Assembly: GCF_004010195.1 (NCBI RefSeq)
Contig: NC_057752.1
Location: forward strand, 16,009,468 to 16,050,600
Source of the DNA: Chiloscyllium plagiosum
Lineage: Eukaryota
Length of the DNA stretch: 41,133 bases
Direction of reading: 5' to 3'
In this document: piece by piece, positions 25,509-36,875 of the stretch
Layout of the letters: each line of letters starts with the position of its first letter
Position numbering within the stretch: position 1 is the stretch's first letter
Notes under the pieces: generated by a model
Told to the model about the DNA's origin: nothing
The model's database searches: none
What the model saw: the letters and a program-made list of their open reading frames with translations, nothing else
Made by a program: the position numbers and the translations under genes

Positions 25509-27795
25509 CTCCATTTTGAGGAGAAAGTGAGGTCTGCAGATGCTGGAGATCAAAGTTGAAACTTTATTGCTGGAACAGCACAGCAGGTCAGGCAGCATCC
25601 AGGGAACAGGAGATTCGACGTTTCGGGCACAGGCCCTTCTTCAGGAAGGGCCTGTGCCCGAAACGTCGAATCTCCTGTTCCCTGGATGCTGCCTGACCTG
25701 CTGTGCTGTTCCAGCAATAAAGTTTCAACCTCCATTTTGAACAGAGTGACGCGGAGAGAAGCAAAGACTGCCAGGAAGTTTTAAGTGGGTAAGATTGAAA
25801 CCAGCGACCCTACCCCGTCGGACCTCCCGCCCGCCCACCCACCTCCTTTAATCTTACTAAGAGTCTGTAAACTTGGTAAGTTTTCAGGTTTTTCTCATTT
25901 TTTTTGACGAGGAGCTCAGAAATGGACTGAGGAGTGCTGGGAGGGAGCACGAAAAAGGCTTGGCAGGAAGGATTAGGGTGAACCCAAAGGCACTTTACTC
26001 ATACGTGAGGAATAAGAGAATGGTCAGGGAGAAGGTAGGTCTGGTCAGGGATTGCGTAAGGAACTTGTGCGTAGAGTCTGAGCAGATAGGGGAAGCTCCA
26101 AATGAGTTTTTTGCTTCGGTTTTCACAAAGGAAAGGTAGCTTGTTGTGAATGAGAACTTTGAGGAGCTGGGATACAGGCTTGAACAGATCAAGATTGATG
26201 AAGTTGATTTGCTGAAAATTTTGGCAAACATTAAGATTGATAAGTCCCCAGGGCCAGACCAGATTTATCCTAGGCTGCTCCGGAAGCGAGAAAGGAGGTT
26301 GCTAAGCCGCTGGCGAAGATCTTTGCTTCCTCAGTCTCCACGGGAGTCGTACCGGAGGATTGGAAGGAGACGAATGTTGTTCCTCTTTTCAAGAAGGGTA
26401 ATAGGGAAATCGCTGGCAATTACAGACCAGTCAGTCTTATGTCTGTGGTCAGCAAGGTTTTGGAAAGAATACTGAGGGATATTATTTATGACAATTTGGC
26501 AAAGCATAGCATGATTAAAGGCAGTCAGCGTGGCTTTGTGAGGGACAGGTCATGCCTAACTAATCTTGTTGAGTTTTTTGAAGAAGTGACAAGACAGGTT
26601 GACGAAGGTCAACAGTGGATGTGGTGTATGTGGGCTTCAGCAAGGCATTTGATAAGGTTCCCCATAGTAGGCACATGCATAAAGTCAGGATTTATGGGAT
26701 ACAGGGAGATTGGGCTGTCAGGATTCAGAATTGGCTGGCTGACAGAAGGCAGGGAGTGGTTGTAGATGGGAAGTTTTCTGCCTGGAGGTCAGTATTGAGT
26801 GGTGTCCTGCAGGGGTCTGTTCTTAGGCCTCTGCTCTTTGTAGGTTTTATTAATGACTTGGATGAGGAGGTTGAGGGGTGGGTTAGTAAATTTACAGATG
26901 ACACAAAGGTTGGAGGTGCTGTTGTTAGTATTGAAGGCTACTGCAGGCTGCAGCGCAACATAGACAGAATGCAGAGCTGGGCTGAGAAATGGCAGATGGA
27001 GTTCAACCTGGATAAATGCGAAGTGAAGCATTTTGGAAGGTCGACCTTGAATGCAGAATATAGGATTAAAGACAGGATTCTTGCCAGTGTGGAGGAACAG
27101 GGGGATCAGGGTGTGCATGTACATAGATCCCTCAAAGTTGCCATCAAGTGGATAGGGTTGTTAAGAAAGCTTATGCTGTTTTGGCTTTCATTAACGGGGG
27201 ATGGAGTTTAAGACCCGCGAGGTTTTGCTGCAGCTCTACAAGATCCTGGTGAGATCACACTTGGAATATTGTGTCCAGTTCTGGTCGCCCTATTATAAGA
27301 AAGATACGGAGGCTTTGGAGAGGGTGCAAAGAAGGTTTACCAGGATGCTGCCTGGACTGGAGGGCTTGTCTTATGAAGAGAGGTTGACTAAGCTCGGACT
27401 TTTCTGTCTGGAGAGAAGGAGGAAGAAAGGTAACCTGATCGAGGTATACAAAGTAATGAGAGGCATGGATAGAGTCAATAGCCAAAGACGTTTCCCCAGG
27501 ACAGGATTGACTGGCATAAGGGGTCATAGTTTGAAGATATTAGGAGGAAGGTATCAAGGAGATGTCAGAGGTTGGTTCTTTATCAGAGTTGTGAATGCAT
27601 GGAATACATTGGCAGCTGTGGTGGTGGAAGCAGAGTCACTAGGGGCATTCAAGCGACTGCTGGACATGCACATGGACAGCAGTGAATTGTGTGTGTAGGT
27701 TAGGTTATTTTATTTTAGATTAGGAATAATCCTCAGCACAACATTGTGGGCCGAACAGCCTGTTCTGTGCTGTACTTTCCTATGTTCTGTGTTCT
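25509..27795 (+). mobile_element. CR1 LINE: short non-coding 5' piece fused to ORF2 RT and tail
   Basis: ORFs 25873-27698 contain [35 protein letters not shown] and HLEYCVQFW; tail tatgttctgtgttct. Confidence 0.92.
25520..25729. mobile_element. Palindromic PLE terminal-repeat cassette with hammerhead
   Basis: Perfect 85-bp arms at 25555-25639 and 25645-25729; TSD (ac)ctccattttga; intact hammerhead on minus strand at 25613-25647. Confidence 0.92.
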
Positions 27796-28630
27796 AATGG
27801 ACCTGAACTCCCAGATCTCTCTGCTCATCAACTTTTCCCAAGGCTCTTCCGTTTACTGCATAATTCGTTCTCGAATTTGACTTCCCAAAATGCATCACCT
27901 CACATTGCCTGGATTGAACTCCATCTGCCACTTCTCTGCTCAACTCTCCAGTCTATCTATATTCTCCTGTATTCTTTGACAGTCCCTATACTTTCTGCTA
28001 CTCCACCAATCTTTGTGTCATCTGCAAACTTACTGATCAGACCAGCAATGCCCTCATCCAGATCATTGATGTATATTACAAACTACAGTGGCCCCAGCAC
28101 TGATCCCTGTGATCTCCATTTCGAGAAACTCCCTTCAACTACTACTCTGTCTCCTGTTGCTCAACCAGTTCTTTATCCACCTAGCTAGAACACCCTGCAC
28201 ACCATGTGACTTCACTTTCTCCATTAGTTGAGATTAACTTAAAGACTATAGTCTTGAGATTGTCTTCACTGTGGTCTTCAATTTTCCTGGGTCATTGTCT
28301 TTCTTTTTACTGTGAGTATGTTTTGCATGAAAAGGTACCTTTGATAGAGTGTTTTCTAATTTCTTTGAGAGCAAGATATTAGATGGCCAGTTAGCTGCCT
28401 AGCTCTACAGCAGATGTTCGGCTGATTTGATGGTAGTTGTTTTCTGACCCATTGTCAAAATGCCCGTGTTTTTATACCTACCAGCAACATACTGTCTCAT
28501 TGGTCCGATGTTGTCAAAAGAATAAATTCAAACTCAGTTGGGTTTTGATATCCTGAGCATAACTAAAACTAATTGGTTAAATTTGAATTATTGTCAAAAC
28601 AGCAACCAAAACTCAGGTATCCATTTAACA

Positions 28631-28850
28631 ATGGAGATTGAGATAAGGAAATGGAAGAAAACGCTCAGGCCCTAAAATCGTTAAACTCAATATTGATTCC
28701 AGAAGGTTTCATTTCATCCTAAATGAAAAATGAGTTACTGTTCTTCCAGGTTATGCTGAGCATCACTGGAGCACTGCAATCTGAGACAGAGATGTTGTAC
28801 AGGAAGCACGGTGATGTGTTGTAATGGCAGGCAACTGGAAGCTTAAGGTC
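28631..28850 (-). mobile_element. Old PLE GIY-YIG C-terminal fragment
   Basis: Minus strand gives PSGINIEFNDF and decayed similarity to 18975-19145. Confidence 0.55.
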
Positions 28851-30022
28851 ATCAACTGATAAGGATGTTGTTCAATCAGTACTTATTTCCATACATCCAC
28901 GTCCTTTCTGTATGACACGGCATTCTAATATACCCCTACACATTTTCCCATTGTCTGTCCTTAAGTATGAAAATATGGTCTCTAACTGTTCCAATATTGT
29001 CTAGTTGCAGTTTAGGAGGGTCACTTTATGAATATCGTATATACTTGTGTAAAAGTTGATGTTTTTAGGCTATTTTTAAAGTTTCAATTTATAGTGCTGA
29101 CTAATATACTGGCACTAATTTTGAAGGGCTGAAATTCATGCTGCGGTTCGAAAAACTATTATTAGCAGAAGGCGATTTGATTGCTTAACTGATCCCAAGT
29201 AAAGAAGAAAACACAGTGAATTATGGTAAAGGTAATTACCGGGTAAAAGCAAGGGAAACAAGAGGAATTACTGATCGTAAATTTTATTTTTACATACCTG
29301 TACGAAAATTTAACATGTCAAAGAGTCATTGAAGTCCTGCAAAATCACACTGTTCAATATCGTCATGGCCTGGTATAATGGCACACTTAAAATGAAATAC
29401 TTATTAAATTCTGAATGTGTAGGTGTCTTATACTTTCTTGCCAAATTCTTCCATTTCTCTCACATTCACTCTCATATTATGAACCTCAGCAACATTAACA
29501 AATTTGTCAAAGAATTAAAGATATATGTAGCTAATATATCTCACCTTTATTCAGATATAGATTAAAATGATTAACATTTTAATGATATTAACAGTTGGAT
29601 GTATAGTGAACAAAGTGCAGTAAGTACTGATGGACTTATTACTGGTCTGAATGAATCAAGCTGTGCTGTAGGTAACCAAGTGCAGTGACTAGAGCTATGA
29701 ATGAATGAATACAGATGTAATATAGTAAACAAAAAATGATGAATACAGTTACCAGTGTGAATGAATGGATGTAATTTCATTTAAGAGATCGACTTTTGCA
29801 TGAGTATATACAGTACTTTGTCCACCTCACTCTTAGTGCCTTTGTCTGCCACTCCTCTTACCAGCTGCCATACATTCCATCTCCCCTCCCTTTGATTTTG
29901 CTTTCACATTAGTATGTGACATAGCCACTTAGATTTCCCAAGATCGAGAGTATCTACTATATAAGTCACTTTATTAAACCTCTTAACTTTTTTGTACCAA
30001 CCATTTGAATTTTTTTTTACAG

Positions 30023-30037
30023 GTTCACCTTGTAAAG
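30023..30037 (+). other. Candidate 15-nt microexon
   Basis: tttttttttacAG|gttcaccttgtaaag|GTaata; branch-point-like cttaac at ~29982; TE-poor upstream flank. Confidence 0.35.
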
Positions 30038-30572
30038 GTAATAATACCAATACTAGTTGCTCATAAGTTCATAAGACATGGAGCAGCTATTAGGCCATTC
30101 AGCCCATTGAGTCTGCTCCATTATTCGAACGTGGCTGAAATGTTTCTCACCACTCTTTTCCTGCCTGCTCCCCATAACCTTCAACCCATCATCAATTAAA
30201 AATCTGTCTAACTCCTCCTCAAATTCATTATCCCAGCATCCAGCGTCTATTTTATCCACACCTTTTAATGTCATGAATACCTCAATTTAATCTCCCCTCA
30301 TTCTTCTAAATTTGAGAGTATAGGCCTAAACTGTACGATCCCACTTCATACAACAAGCCCCTCATCTCTGGGATCAATCTAGTGAAATGCCTCTGAACTG
30401 TCTCCAATGACCCTACATTTTTGCTCAAATAAGGGAACCAAAACTGTGCACAATACTACAGGTGTGGTCACATCAATGCCTTGTACAGTTGCAATAACAC
30501 TTCCTTACCTTTATATTCTATTCTTTTGGCTATAAAAGCCAACATTCCATTCGCTTTCTTTATTATCTGCTG

Positions 30573-30664
30573 GAAATGTGTTGCTGGAAAAGCGCAGCAG
30601 GTCAGGCAGCATCCAGGGAACAGGAGAATCGACGTTTCGGGCATAAGCCCTTCTTCAGGAATGC
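30573..30664 (-). mobile_element. ~90-bp solo PLE hammerhead insertion
   Basis: 13-bp TSD ttattatctgctg at 30560-30572 and 30665-30677; hammerhead at 30627-30662. Confidence 0.88.
30627..30662 (-). ncRNA. Minimal hammerhead ribozyme motif (PLE family 2)
   Basis: Reverse complement reads attc CTGAAGA a gggc ttat gccc GAAA cg TC gatt. Confidence 0.78.
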
Positions 30665-30805
30665 TTATTATCTGCTGTACCTGTGTGCTAGTTTTCTGTG
30701 ACTCCTGAGTAAGGATTTCCAGATCCCCCTGCACCAAAGCGCACCCCATTGTCTCTCGCCGTTTAAATAGTAGGTCACCTTCACATTTTTTGACCAAAAC
30801 GCATG

Positions 30806-31765
30806 ACATAGAACATTACAGCATAGTACAGGCTGACCTGTGAAACCAATCAGAAGCCCATCTAATCTACACTATTCCATTCCCATCCATGTTTATCCAA
30901 TGACCACTGAAATGCCCTTAAAGTTGGCGAGTCTACTACTGTTGCAGGCAGTGCATTCCACACCCTTACTACTGAGTAAAGAAACTACCTCTGACATCTG
31001 TCCTATATCTATCACCCCTCATTTTAAAGCTATGTCCCCTTGTGCTAGCCATCACCATCCGAGGAAAAAGGTTCCCACTGTCCAACCCTATCTAACCCTC
31101 TGATTATCTTCTCTGTCTCAATTAAGTCATTTCTCAACCTTCTTCTCTAATGAAAACAGTGTCAAGTCCCTCGACCTTTCCTCCATACCAGGCAAAATCG
31201 TGGTAAACCTTCTCTGCACCCTTTCCAAAGCTTTCACATCCTTCCTATAATGCAGTGACCAGAACTGTACGCAATACTCCAAGTGTGACCGCACCAGAGA
31301 TTTGCTGCAGCATGATCTCATAGCTCCAAAACTCAATCCCTCTACCAATCAAAGCTAACACACCGTATGCCTTCTTAACAACCCTATCAACATGGTTGAC
31401 AACTTTCAAGGATCTATGTCCCTGGACACCAAGATCTCTCTGCTCTTCTACACTACCAAGAATCTTACCATTAGCCCTTTACTTTATATTCCTGTTACTC
31501 CTTCCAAAGTGAATCACCTCACACTTTCCTGCATTAAACTCCATTTGTTACCTCTCAGTCCAGTTCTACAGCTTATCTATGTCTCTCTGTAACGTGCAAC
31601 ATCCTTAGGCACTGTCCACAACTCCTCCGACCTTAGAGTCATCCACAAATTTACTAACCCATCCTTCTGTGCCCTCATCCAGGTCATTTATAAAAATTAC
31701 AAACAGCAGTGGCCCCAAAACAGATCCTTGCGGTACACCACTAGCAACTGAACTCCAGGATGAAC
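30806..31765 (-). mobile_element. CR1 LINE 3' fragment (RT to tail)
   Basis: [28 protein letters not shown] and [10 protein letters not shown]. Confidence 0.88.
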
Positions 31766-31769
31766 ATTT

Positions 31770-32459
31770 CAATAGACAATAGGTGCAGGAGTAGGCCATT
31801 CTGCCCTTCGAGCCTGCACCACCACTCATTATGATCATGGTTGATCATCTTTAATCAGTATCCTGTTCCTGCCTTATCTCCATAACCCTTGATTCCACTA
31901 TCCTTGAGAGCTCTTAACTCTTTTTTAAGCAAATCCAGAGACTGGGCCTCCACTGCCTTCTGGGGCAGAGCATTCCACACACCCACCACTCTCTGGGTGA
32001 AGAAGTTTCTCCTCATCTCTGTCTTAAATGGCCTACCCCTTATTTTTAAGCTGTGTCATCTGCTTCGGGACTCGCCCACCAGCGGAAACATGTTTCCTGC
32101 CTCCAGAGTGTCCAATCCTTTAATAATCTTATACGTCTCAATCAGATCCCCTCTCAGTCTCCTAAACGCAAGGGTGTTCAAGCCCAGTCGCTCCAGTCTT
32201 TCAGTGTAAGGTAGTCCCGCCATTCCAGGAATTGACCTAATGAACCTACGCTGCACTCCCTCAATAGCCAGAATGTCTGTCTTCAAATTTGGAGACCAGA
32301 ACTGCACACAATATTCCAGCTGCGGTCTCACCAGGGCCCTGTACAGCTGCAGAAGAACCTCTTTGCTTCTATACTCAATCCCTCTTGTTATGAAGGCCAG
32401 CATGCTGTTAGCTTTCTTCACTACCTGCTGTACCTGCATGCTTGCCTTCATTGACTGGT
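31770..32459 (-). mobile_element. CR1 LINE 3' end, relatively young
   Basis: ORF 32056-32451 is an uninterrupted ORF2 C-terminus; tail aatagacaatag. Confidence 0.9.
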
Positions 32460-32862
32460 CAAAGTTTGTGAGAAGATTTGTAGCTCGGGTGCTCGTTGTT
32501 GTGGCTCTGTTCGCCGAGCTGGGACTTTGTGTTGCAGACGTTTCGTCCCCTGTCTAGGTGACATCCTCAGTGCTTGGGAGCCTCCTGTGAGGCATTTCTG
32601 TGATCTTTCCTCCGGCATTTGTAGTGGTTTGAATCTGTCGCTTCCGGTTGTCAGTTCCAGCTGTCCGTTGCAGTGGCCAGTATATTGGGTCCAGGTCAAT
32701 GTGCTTATTGATTGAATCTGTGGATGAGTGCCATGCCTTTAGGAATTCCCTGGCTGTTCTCTGTTTGGCTTGTCCTATAATAGTAGTGTTGTCCCAGTCG
32801 AATTCATGTTGCTTGTCATCTGCGTGTGTGGCTACTAAGGATAGCTGGTCGTGTCGTTTCGT
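32460..32862 (-). mobile_element. PLE (Penelope/Poseidon-like) 3' end with hammerhead
   Basis: Near-identical to the reverse complement of 3035-3387. Confidence 0.92.
32534..32573 (-). ncRNA. Minimal hammerhead ribozyme motif (PLE family 1)
   Basis: Reverse complement reads gca CTGAGGA t gtcacct agac aggggac GAAA cg TC tgc. Confidence 0.8.
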
Positions 32863-32864
32863 AG

Positions 32865-33100
32865 ACCATCCTTATTGTAGAGGTCCTACGTACGCCAGAA
32901 TGAGCCCCAATTATCCAGGTATCCGAAACCGTCCCTCCTGCACCATCCCTGTAGCGATATGTTCAACTCTTCCCTCTCCCTGTTTCTCGCCTTGCTAGCA
33001 TTTGGCATGGGTAACAAACCAGAGATAACAACTCAGTTTGTCCTAGCTCAAAGCTTCCAACCTAGCTCCCGAATGTCTGCCTTAAACCTTGCACCCATCA
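32865..33100 (-). mobile_element. CR1 ORF1 esterase fragment
   Basis: Minus strand RELGWKL...VVISGLLPMPNAS, similar to the element at 1-815. Confidence 0.7.
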
Positions 33101-33149
33101 ACGTGAAACTCCATTCGCTATATTTCAGCGCACTCTCATAACCTATTTC

Positions 33150-33235
33150 CTAACTTGCTCTTCAGAGGGTTGGTGTGGACTTGATGGGCTGACTGGCCTG
33201 TTTCCATACTGTAGGGAATCTAACCTAATCTAATT
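33150..33235 (+). mobile_element. HE1-like SINE 3' fragment
   Basis: ggtgtggacttgatgggc...ggcctgtttccatactgtagggaatctaacctaatct. Confidence 0.75.
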
Positions 33236-34972
33236 TATATAGAGTATAGCATGGAAACAGACCCTTCCTTTCAACTTGTCCATGCCAACGAGAAGTCCTC
33301 GCCTAATCTCATCCCATTTGTCAACACTTGGCTTATATCCCTCTAAACCCTTCCTGTTCATATTTCAGAAGCTGACTGGGGGCAACTGTTTGCAGGTAAA
33401 GGGACCGCTGCAAAATTGGAAGCTTTCAAAACTGAGATAACGAGAGTCCAGAGGCAGTAGATTCATGTTAGGGTGAAAGGAGAAGCTGATAGGTGTAGGG
33501 AATGCTTGATGACTACAGAAATTGAGGTTTTGGTCAAGAAAAAGAAGGAAGCATACGCTAGATATAGACAGGAGAGATCGAGTGAATACTTAGAGTATAA
33601 GGGCAGTAGGAGTACAGTCATAGAGTCATAAAGATGTATAGCACAGAAACAGACCCTTTGAACCAACTTGTCCCTGCCGGTCAGGTATCCTAACTGGTCC
33701 CATTTACCATTACTTGGCCTATATCTTCTAAACCCTTCCTATTCAGATACCCATCCAGATGCTTTTTAAATGCTGAAATTGTACCAGCCTCCACCACTTC
33801 CTCTGAAGGCTCTTTGCATACACTCACCACTGTCTGTGTGATGGGGACAATCCGAAAATGAGATAGCTTTGGCAAATAGGGTTAAGAAGAATCCAAAGGG
33901 ATATGCATACATACATACATTAAAGAGAAAAGGGTAACTAGGAAGAGAATAGTGCCTCTCAAAGATCAGCAAGGCAATCTGTGTGTAGAGGCACAGGAGA
34001 TGGGGAAAGATACTAACAAGTATTTTGCATCAGTGTTGAGTGCGGAGAAGGATGTGGAAGATATAGAATGTGAAGAAAGGGACAGGTTTTTACATGTATT
34101 TGGAAAGGCAAAGACTGATGAGGGATAGCTAACAAGGCTTTGTGTGTAGGGAAATCATGTTTCACAAACTTGATTGGTTTTTTTTGAAGAAGTAACAAAG
34201 GGGATTGAGACAGAGTGGTACACGTGATCTATATGGACTTCAGTAGGGCATTTGACAGTGTTCCTCATGGTAGACTTGTTCGCAAAGTTAGATCTCATGG
34301 AATACAGGGTGAACTAGCCATTTGGATACAGAATTGGCTTGAAAGTAGAAGGCAGAGGGTGGTGATGGAAGGTTGCTTTACAGACTGGAGGCCTGTGACT
34401 AGTGATGCGTCATAAGGATTGGTGCTGTGTCCACTGCTTTTTGTCATTTAAATGATTTGGATGTGAGCATAAGAGGTATAGTTAGTAAATTTGCAGATGA
34501 CACCAAAATTGGAGTTGTAGTGGACAGCGAAGAAGGTTACCTCAAAGCACAACAGGATCTTGATCAGATGGACCAATGGGCTGAGGAGTAGCAGATGGAG
34601 TTTAATTTTAATAAATGCGAGGCGCTGCATTTTGGAAAAGCAAATCAGGGCAGGACTTATACACTTAATGGTAAGGTCCTAAGGAGTGTTCCTAAACAAA
34701 GAAACCTTGGATTGCAGGTTCATAGTTCCTTGACAGTGGAGTCACAGGTAGGTAGAATAGCGAAGAAGGTGTTTGGTTTTCTTTCCTTTATTGATTAGAG
34801 AAATAAAGCATAGGAGTTGGGAGGTCATGTTGCAACTGTACAGGACATTAGTTAAGCCACTTTTGGAAATTTGTGTAAATTTCTGGTTTCCTTCTTATCA
34901 GAAGGACGGTGAGAAACTTGAAAGGTGTCAGAAAAGATTTACAAGGATGTTGCCAGGGTTGGAGGGTTTGTG

Positions 34973-35925
34973 CTGGAAATGTGTTGCTGGAAAAGCGCAG
35001 CAGGTCAGGCAGCATCCAGGGAACAGGAGAATCGACGTTTCGGGCATAAGCCCTTCTTCAGGAATGGGGAAAGTTTGTCCAGCAGGCTAAGATAAAAGGT
35101 AGGGAGGAGGGACTTGGGAGAGGGGCGTCGGAAATGTGATAGGTGGAAAGAGGTCAAGGTGAGGGTGATAGATCAGACTGGGGTGGGGGCGGAGAGGTCG
35201 GGAAGAAGATCTCAGGTTAGGAAGGCGGTGCTAAATTTTTCCAGCAGGCTAAGATAAAAGTATAGGCCACCAAATAATATCACATTGGGACGGACAACAA
35301 ACACAGAAATAACTAATGCCTGTAAAAACAGTATGACTATTATCATGGGGGATTTTAATTTATATGTAGGTTGGTTGAACCAGTTTGGTCAGGCAAGCCT
35401 TGAGGAGGATTTCATCGAGTGCACCCATGACAGTTTTCCTGAACAGTATGTAATGGAAGCAATGAGAGAGCAAGCCATCATTGATCTGGTCCTGTATAAT
35501 GAGACAGGAATAATTAATGACCTCAAAATTAAGGATCCTCTTGGAAGGAGTGATCACAATATGGTTGAATTTAGGACACAGATGGATTGTGTGAAGATAA
35601 AACGGCGGATGATGCGCTGTAGATGGAGATTGGTGGGGTGGTAGGTGAGGACCAGTGGGGTTCTGTCCTGTTGGCGGTTGGAGGGGCGGGGTTCAAGGGC
35701 GGAGGATCGGGAAGTGGAAGAGATGCGGTGGGGGGCATCGTCGACCACGTCGGGGGGGAAATTGCGGTCCTTGAAGAAGGAGGCCATCTGGGTTGTGCGT
35801 TTTTGGAACTGGTCCTCCTGGGAGCAGATGCGGCGGAGTCGAAGGAATTGGGAGAATGGGATGGCGCTTTTCCAGCAACACATTTCCAGCTCTGATCTCC
35901 AGCATCTGCAGACCTCACTTTCTCC
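34973..35925. mobile_element. Chimeric PLE insertion containing a CR1 APE fragment
   Basis: 14-bp TSD ttggagggtttgtg at 34959-34972 and 35926-35939; hammerhead at 35030-35065 (minus); CR1 YRPP..GDFN..SDHN at 35261-35590 (plus); PLE IPFSQFLRLRRICS..LVLTYHP at ~35603-35865 (minus). Confidence 0.85.
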
Positions 35926-36094
35926 TTGGAGGGTTTGTGTTCTAGGGAGAGGCTGAATAGGCTGGAGCTGTTTTCCCTGGAGTATTGGAGGCTGAGGGGC
36001 AACCTAATAGAGGTTTATAAAATCATGAGGGGCATGGAGAGGATAAATAGGCAAGGACTTTTCCCTGGGTTGGGGTGTCCAGCACTGGAGGGCT

Positions 36095-36190
36095 ATTCCT
36101 GATGAAAGGCTTTTGCCCGAAACATCGATTTACCTGCTTTTCGGATGCTGCCTGGCCTGCTGTGCTTTTCCAGCACCACTCTGATCTAAA
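36095..36190 (+). mobile_element. Short solo PLE hammerhead insertion, partly decayed
   Basis: attc CTGATGA a aggcttttgccc GAAA ca TC gatt; imperfect TSD ctggagggct/ctagagggct. Confidence 0.78.
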
Positions 36191-36219
36191 AGCTAGAGGG
36201 CTTAAGTTTAGGGTGAGAT

Positions 36220-36875
36220 CCATTTATAAGGTTCTTCTTTCGTCATTGCAATTTACTGTCCTGTTTATTTTTGTGTCGTCTGCAATTTGGTTATCGAGCC
36301 TTCTATCCCTGTATCCACGTCATTAATGCAGATTGTAAATAGCGGGCGTCCAAGGCTTGAACCCTGTGGCACCCCACTCGTTGCATCTTGCCATCCAGAA
36401 AAAGACCCACTTACCTCAACTCTGTTACCTCAACTCTATCCAAGATAACAAATTACCCCTAATCCCATTTGATCCAACCTTGTGAATTAACCTTTTGTGC
36501 AGCACCTTATCCAATGCCTTCTGGAAGTCCAAGTATATTACATTTACAGGATCCTCATTATGCACTTTGCTTGTTATATCTTCAAAGAACTCTAACAAAT
36601 TCGTCAAACATGCTTTGCCCTTCGTAAAACCATGCTGACTCTGATGGTTAGTGTTTTGACTTTCCAAATATCCCGATATTACTTCCTCTAATTGATTTTA
36701 ACACTTTCCCCACTACAGATGTTAAACTAACTATGTAATTTACCAATATTGCCTCCCTCCCTTTTTGAATAAGGGCATTACATCAGCATTTTTCCAATCC
36801 ACTGGAACCTTTCCCATGTCCAGGGAATTTTGTAATATTGTAACCAATGGATCTACTATCTCCACTGCCACTTCT
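36220..36875 (-). mobile_element. CR1 RT fragment
   Basis: SQHGFTKGKACLTNLLEFFE..YLDFQKALDKV. Confidence 0.85.

Larger units (their letters stand above)
24880..28229 (-). mobile_element. CR1/HER1-like LINE 3' part, split at 25508/27796
   Basis: Colinear with 16020-17270; junction gtac|aatggacctg matches the uninterrupted copy at ~16807-16820. Confidence 0.92.
24620..28630 (-). mobile_element. Possible solo LTR-like element (24620-24880 plus 28230-28630), split by nested LINEs
   Basis: Minus strand shows CCAAT, then TATAAAA (~28471-28477), then AATAAA (~24741-24746) in LTR order; no clear TSD. Confidence 0.35.
30060..30805 (-). mobile_element. CR1 LINE 3' end, degraded
   Basis: IIKKANGMLAFIAKRIEYKGKEVLLQLYKAL. 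Confidence 0.85.
33365..36218 (+). mobile_element. CR1 LINE ORF2 (linker, RT, C-terminus) with nested CR1 tail (33615-33840, minus) and PLE insertions
   Basis: YMDFSRAFDSVPH, SKFADDTKIG and KRFTRMLPGLEGL; resumes at 35926. Confidence 0.88.

Noticed and set aside
29292..29370. Minus-strand exon ending at CAG|GTATGT, and a DDIEQ peptide echo of 15481-15495
   Set aside because: All three frames hit stop codons before the donor; the short peptide similarity is compatible with chance
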